Assembly (NCBI GenBank): GCA_964384035.1 | Contig: CAYLIB010000005.1 | Span: 41,107-105,106 of the forward strand | From: an uncultured Candidatus Saccharibacteria bacterium | GTDB lineage: Bacteria > Patescibacteriota > Doudnabacteria > UBA920 | Length of the DNA: 64,000 nucleotides | Direction of reading: 5' to 3' | Shown here: positions 59,255-64,000 of the stretch, piece after piece | Position numbering within the stretch: the first letter of the stretch is position 1 | Layout: each line of letters opens with the position of its first letter | The notes under the pieces: generated by a model | What the model was told of the DNA's origin: nothing | What the model saw: only the letters and a program-made list of their open reading frames with translations | The model's database searches: none | Position numbers and translations under genes: made by a program

Positions 59255-60706
59255 TTAGTATTTTCTACACTCTTCTTGATTACAGAGATAGCCAGTGGTT
59301 CCTTGAGAAGGGCTTTCTAAAACGGCTTTTATAGTGAACGAGTCGAAATTTGTACCCACTTGATAATCGTAGTCTGACTGAGTTTTGGGATCCTTGGGTA
59401 TTTGGGAGAGAAACTTTGGTACCAATTCTGATTTATATTTGGAAACTGGAGGGAATACAAAACTCTGATTACCTGCAATTTTTGTGGTTGAGTATGTAAT
59501 GAGTGCTGTCCTAAGGCTTTCCAGATCCTGCATTCTTTGCTCGTCTCTTAAACCAGAATCTTCTGAGACATAGTCCTTTTCAGCTGTAGACGAACTATAT
59601 TTTATTAATGTCTTTTGTGTTTCGCTATAGTATGTTAGATAGAAAGTTTTGCCATCTTGAGAGTTATATGTATAAATATAAGGTTCTTTGTTTATGGGAT
59701 CTTGGCTACTAGTAGCGACAAGATTATATGGTTTTATTTTACTAGTCATTTCTGTGAAGCTTTCGGTAATAGGATAACTGCCGACATCGTTTTTGTATTT
59801 TACTAAAGAGACTCCTAATTTTTTCATAGTTGAACTTCTTTGTGTATCTCGGTCGAGGAGTGCTTCGGGTGTTATATCTAGGCCTGTTGGTAGGTTAGAG
59901 TTTGTTTGAGTGGGGGTTGGTGAGGGTTGTGCGGAGTCTGAGGTAAAACCATATATATTTATTAGGGAGTCTCCTAATGTAGATATAGTAGGTTGGTGTA
60001 CCCCAAATTGTTTTATTTTAGATGATATTTCTGAAATTCTTTGTGCCGTGTATTTTTTTCCAGGTGTCTTGCTGTCATAACCAGATCTTGCATCATCTGC
60101 ATCGCTATACTTACTGCTTCCTGTGGTGCTTATCTGTAGAGGACTTGTATCAAAAATATTAACTTCATCTCCATCTGCTATTCCTTCGCTATCACTATCT
60201 GGGTTATTAGGGTCGGTGCCAAGTTTGAATTCATCTACGTTGGTTAACCCATCGTGATCTGGGTCAGATTTGTCACCGCAAAGTTGTTCCTCCTTACATT
60301 CGGAAAATTTAAAATATTTTTGTAACCAGAGTGAAGTGATTTCGCTTTTTGGTGTAGTTGGTTGGTTAGAAGTTGTAGGTTTTGGTTTTGGTGTCAAGAC
60401 GGAGACGGGAATTTCTGCTTCTGGAGGGGTTTCTAGGATATATTTGTATACAAAATAACCTGCAACTGAAAATACAATTATTGTAATTAAAATTGCTATC
60501 AGTAAAGTACGGTTTTTTTTAATAAAATTACTAATTTTTTGACTTTCTTGATCGTTTTCTATGGTGTTTTCTTTATTTGTGATTTCTGGGTTGGTCCTCG
60601 GTCCTTCTAATCTGTTTTTTGAAGGGACGTTAAAAAAAATGTTTTTAGTAACGATAGGAGTTACGTTAGAATTTACTGCTTGGGTTTCTTTTGACTCTTG
60701 GGTCAT
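59255..60706 (-). CDS. Membrane-anchored protein with Ca-binding TSP3-like repeats and two pseudopilin-like domains
   Basis: TM; DPDHDGLTNVDE, DSDSEGIADGDE; twice RDxQR...Y...(Y/F)P...DP...Y.Y. Confidence 0.65.
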   Translation of the reverse strand: MTQESKETQAVNSNVTPIVTKNIFFNVPSKNRLEGPRTNPEITNKENTIENDQESQKISNFIKKNRTLLIAILITIIVFSVAGYFVYKYILETPPEAEIPVSVLTPKPKPTTSNQPTTPKSEITSLWLQKYFKFSECKEEQLCGDKSDPDHDGLTNVDEFKLGTDPNNPDSDSEGIADGDEVNIFDTSPLQISTTGSSKYSDADDARSGYDSKTPGKKYTAQRISEISSKIKQFGVHQPTISTLGDSLINIYGFTSDSAQPSPTPTQTNSNLPTGLDITPEALLDRDTQRSSTMKKLGVSLVKYKNDVGSYPITESFTEMTSKIKPYNLVATSSQDPINKEPYIYTYNSQDGKTFYLTYYSETQKTLIKYSSSTAEKDYVSEDSGLRDEQRMQDLESLRTALITYSTTKIAGNQSFVFPPVSKYKSELVPKFLSQIPKDPKTQSDYDYQVGTNFDSFTIKAVLESPSQGTTGYLCNQEECRKY

Positions 60707-60736
60707 GTTAGAAGATTTTTGAAAAATTCAGATTCT

Positions 60737-61114
60737 TTAATTTGATGAAACGAATATCATTTCTACAACTGCTAAAAATAATACTAAACTTATTATCACC
60801 CACCAATACAATAAAAATTGAGATTGAAGCATTAGTGAGCAAGCTACTAGTACTCCAAGTAAGAGACCTTGCCTAAAGCTTACCCAAATGGATTGCCCTG
60901 GTTGATCTAATCTGAGTATTCTTCTTAAAAAAATTCCTATTAATATAAATACACCAGAAGTCCAAAAGAATAAAGTTGAGTAAAATGCCAAATGTGTAGT
61001 TAAGCTTGCTGAGTACGGATCGGTATATAAAATAATAGAAACAAATGATACCAAAGACACGAGTGTCCCGGTAATAATTTGAATAAGGTAAGTTTTTGAA
61101 GTAATAGCACTCAT
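60737..61114 (-). CDS. Conserved CPR-type membrane protein
   Basis: 4 TM helices, TDP, SFRQGLL, LQ motifs. Confidence 0.7.
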   Translation of the reverse strand: MSAITSKTYLIQIITGTLVSLVSFVSIILYTDPYSASLTTHLAFYSTLFFWTSGVFILIGIFLRRILRLDQPGQSIWVSFRQGLLLGVLVACSLMLQSQFLLYWWVIISLVLFLAVVEMIFVSSN

Positions 61115-61159
61115 TTCTTCTATTAAATTATAACACCTCTTTGTGGATAGTACTAAAAA

Positions 61160-61381
61160 TTATTCATTTCCCTCTTCATTTAGGTGATCTTTTATAACCT
61201 TGAAATCATTTTCAATTTTTTTGAGTCGTGATTTAGCTTCCTTGATTAACTCCGCGGCTATTTTTGCTTTATTTAGGCCTTCCTCTAAGTCCAAGTCTTC
61301 TGTAGTTTCAAACCATTCGCTAATTTTTTGAAGTTCTGAAAGTTTATCTGTTAATTTTGTATTTTCTTTATTTGATTTCAT
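61160..61381 (-). CDS. xseB: Exodeoxyribonuclease VII small subunit
   Basis: L.EL..I..WFE...LDLEEGL...L.K.....L..IE; overlaps xseA stop. Confidence 0.88.
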   Translation of the reverse strand: MKSNKENTKLTDKLSELQKISEWFETTEDLDLEEGLNKAKIAAELIKEAKSRLKKIENDFKVIKDHLNEEGNE

Positions 61382-62634
61382 ATATTAGTACTTTCTACGT
61401 TAACTTTTGCATTTCCTTGCGTAAATTTCAGTATTAATTTGTCACCGATATTTAACTGATTTGAATTTTTAATAATTTTGCCACTCTTGGTATATGCTAA
61501 AGTATAACCTCTTTTGAGCATTTCTTCCGGATTATATGAATCTATTAAGGAAGAGATTGTATTAATTACGTTATTTTTTTCTTTTATGGAATTAGAAACA
61601 TTATTATTTATTAGTAAACAAAGTTGATCTATGGAAGAAAATGTTTTTTGAAGTTTGTATTCAAGGCGGTTTATATAAAAGTTTAGTTTCTGTGATATCT
61701 TTTCTATCGTTTTTCTTAAGTTGTTTTCTAGTATAAAAATGTTTTTTTCTGATTCCCAAATTTTAAAATTTGTAAGTTCAATTCTTTTTTCAATTTTTTC
61801 TTGAATTTTTTGGTAGGTTTGTATAATTGTTCTCTCGATTTTTGTTCTATTTTCATTTAACAATAATGCTGTAGCTGTTGGTGTAGAGCAGGAGTAATCT
61901 GCGGATAAACAGGCTAATGGTAAATCTTTGTCATGTCCTATCCCGGCTATTACTGGTATTTGGGTGTTATAAACAGCACGGGTGACCTCTTCGGTGTTAA
62001 AAGCTTGTAGATCTTCAAGGCTTCCGCCTCCTCTAATTAACACGCAAACATCAAAGTTTTTAGCATGTTTATTTACATATTTTAAAGCTTTTAGAAGTTG
62101 AGATTTAGAGTCCCTCCCTTCAACTCTGGTGTCTAGTACAGTAACTTTGATTCCTTGTGGGTTTAGGTTATTTTTAAAGTCAGCTAAAACAGCACCTGAG
62201 CTGGATGTGATAACAATAATGTTCTCAATGAGTTTTGGTAATTCTCGTTTTCTTTCGAAAAGAGCTTCAGAGGTTAATTTGGCTTTCAAAAGATCATATG
62301 CTTTTTTTAAGCTTCCTTCCCCTGCTAGTTCTATGTTTGTTGCTTGGAATCTGAAGGAACCTCTTCTTTTGAATATTTTAGCAACACCATGTAATTTTAT
62401 CAGCATACCTTCATCTAGTGGAACCTGTATTTTCTTATATGTGTATGGGTCGATATATATATCCAATAGTGCTTCTTGGTTTGGGTCTTTGAGGGTTAGA
62501 TATACCCCTGTTGGGTGGTTCTTATACGACGACACTTCTCCAATTATTGTAATTTTTTCAGTAGGTTTTAGCGCTAGGTTAATAAAATCTATATAGTCAC
62601 TGACCGAAAGTGATATTGATTCATAGGATAGCAT
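61378..62634 (-). CDS. xseA: Exodeoxyribonuclease VII large subunit
   Basis: GEVS, ITSSSGAV, RGGGSLEDL..FN, GIGHDKD, TPTA, LKRGY. Confidence 0.93.
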   Translation of the reverse strand: MLSYESISLSVSDYIDFINLALKPTEKITIIGEVSSYKNHPTGVYLTLKDPNQEALLDIYIDPYTYKKIQVPLDEGMLIKLHGVAKIFKRRGSFRFQATNIELAGEGSLKKAYDLLKAKLTSEALFERKRELPKLIENIIVITSSSGAVLADFKNNLNPQGIKVTVLDTRVEGRDSKSQLLKALKYVNKHAKNFDVCVLIRGGGSLEDLQAFNTEEVTRAVYNTQIPVIAGIGHDKDLPLACLSADYSCSTPTATALLLNENRTKIERTIIQTYQKIQEKIEKRIELTNFKIWESEKNIFILENNLRKTIEKISQKLNFYINRLEYKLQKTFSSIDQLCLLINNNVSNSIKEKNNVINTISSLIDSYNPEEMLKRGYTLAYTKSGKIIKNSNQLNIGDKLILKFTQGNAKVNVESTNI

Positions 62635-62709
62635 CTGTTTAAATTTGAAAAATTATTGTAATTAATTATAAAACTTAAAAAAACATATACAAAATTATAA
62701 AAGAGTTAA

Positions 62710-64000
62710 TTATTTATAATCTTCAAATTGGCAAAAATGTTGAGGTTTAGATTTGTGTAATTCGAAAAATGTATCGTATTTTATTGCTTCTATAATATTA
62801 TTTATTTCACTTAGAATATTCTCTTGAAAGTCTAACATTTCATCAGGTGTAGAAAGTTTTTCAGATACTATTTCCCCTGCTTCTAAGTACCAATAACAAA
62901 GTGTTGAGACTTTTTCATTAAGGAACTCTTTGGAAGCCCATTCGTATACTCTAAGTTGGTCTAAGTCTGATTTGGTTTTTTTTGAAGGAACTTTACCTGT
63001 TTTGTAGTCTATAATTGCCAAGCCATCTGGGGTTTCATCGGCTCTATCTATTTTCCCAACAAAATGAAAATTACCTATTGGCAATTTGAAAAATTGCTCC
63101 ACATATTTTGGTTTAGGTTTTGTATCTATAGTTGCTTTATAAAAAATTTTTAGCATATCTTTACCTTTATTCTTGAATTCTTCCTTTTGTTTTTTAGTAG
63201 CGTACCAGTCGTCTATCCATGCTTTTTTATATAACTCCTCAAGTAATTCTATTTTGCCATAATCTACTACAGTGCTTTCTCCGAATAAGTCCATTTGCGA
63301 ATTATTTTTTCTATTAATAAAATCTTGCATGTATTCTTGAAATACACGATGCATTGTAATACCAAATGAAAGTTGAGGGGCGCCTGGCAAAGGGAGCTTG
63401 AGATAGTTTTTGTATTTATACTCTAGGGGACATTTTTCAAAAGTGGAGAGATCTGTAAAAGAGAAAGTTTCTGGGATGTCGTGAAAAACAATTTTATCTC
63501 TGTCTAATTGTGCCTTGTCTTTAAATACCACTTTGCCAGTGGATTTTTTATGCAAATTTTTAGAAATGAGTTCTGCTTCACTTAAGAATATTGAAGGTTT
63601 TTTTTCTTTTTTACCCCCGTAATCTTTCGCCCAAGAAAAATATATTCTTTTCTTTGCCCTTGTGATAGCGACATAAAATAGTCTTCTTTCTTCTTCTAAA
63701 TGGAAATCTCCGTCAGGTAGTATATCTTTTACCAGAGCATCAGGTAGATCGATGCCTCTATTTTTATCTCGACTAGGAAAGCGTTGATCTACCATGCCAG
63801 GCATAAATACATTTTCGAATTCTAATCCTTTTGAAGCGTGAATGGTTAAAATTTTAAGGCTTTCAGGGCCATTTTCAGGGTCAAATTTAATCTGGCCTTC
63901 ACTTCCGGCTTTCATTTCCAATTCCAAATTATAGAGAAAGTCAGTCAAATGCCTCTCTCCGGATTCTTGTTCGAAGTTTTCTATATATTTATAAAATTGT
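62710..64000 (-). CDS. UvrD-like helicase with C-terminal PD-(D/E)XK nuclease (5' end off window)
   Basis: TIHASKGLEF, EERRLFYVAITRAK; SFTDLSTFEKCP, GKIDRAD...IIDYKTG. Confidence 0.9.
   Translation of the reverse strand, partial: QFYKYIENFEQESGERHLTDFLYNLELEMKAGSEGQIKFDPENGPESLKILTIHASKGLEFENVFMPGMVDQRFPSRDKNRGIDLPDALVKDILPDGDFHLEEERRLFYVAITRAKKRIYFSWAKDYGGKKEKKPSIFLSEAELISKNLHKKSTGKVVFKDKAQLDRDKIVFHDIPETFSFTDLSTFEKCPLEYKYKNYLKLPLPGAPQLSFGITMHRVFQEYMQDFINRKNNSQMDLFGESTVVDYGKIELLEELYKKAWIDDWYATKKQKEEFKNKGKDMLKIFYKATIDTKPKPKYVEQFFKLPIGNFHFVGKIDRADETPDGLAIIDYKTGKVPSKKTKSDLDQLRVYEWASKEFLNEKVSTLCYWYLEAGEIVSEKLSTPDEMLDFQENILSEINNIIEAIKYDTFFELHKSKPQHFCQFEDYK

Overview
AT-rich bacterial chromosome segment (genetic code 11, TGA used as stop) whose gene content points to a Patescibacteria/CPR organism, probably Parcubacteria-like (inference from DUF5654/DUF5656-type proteins, CPR-type pilin fusions, a chimeric single-chain PheRS and SD-less core genes). 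Housekeeping genes: aspS (partial), lgt, mltG, def/fmt, gltX, rpmA, pyrG, rplI, ftsEX, prfB, a dTTP cluster (dcd, dut, unknown kinase, tmk, thyA, folA), secE-nusG-rplK-[SPFH]-rplA, gyrB, xseAB and a UvrD-nuclease (partial). Accessory content: a secretin-less Tad/Flp pilus operon; a TSG-type MIO ammonia-lyase; an Rv1355c/MoeY-like ThiF enzyme; a nitroreductase-like/PaaK-like CoA-ligase/7TM histidine kinase operon (candidate small-molecule make-and-sense system); standalone cassettes (M15 peptidase, PD-(D/E)XK nuclease, serpin-like, HNH); a calpain-like protease; an M23/pilin-lysozyme/DsbA cluster. Non-coding highlights: six palindromic elements built from 7-9-nt periodic repeats directly in front of housekeeping start codons (one inside an L1-binding RNA motif), a 28-bp 11-6-11 dif-like palindrome, and several apparently leaderless promoters. 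No rRNA, tRNA, CRISPR array, integrase or transposase was recognised. All calls are by eye from motifs; no database searches were run.
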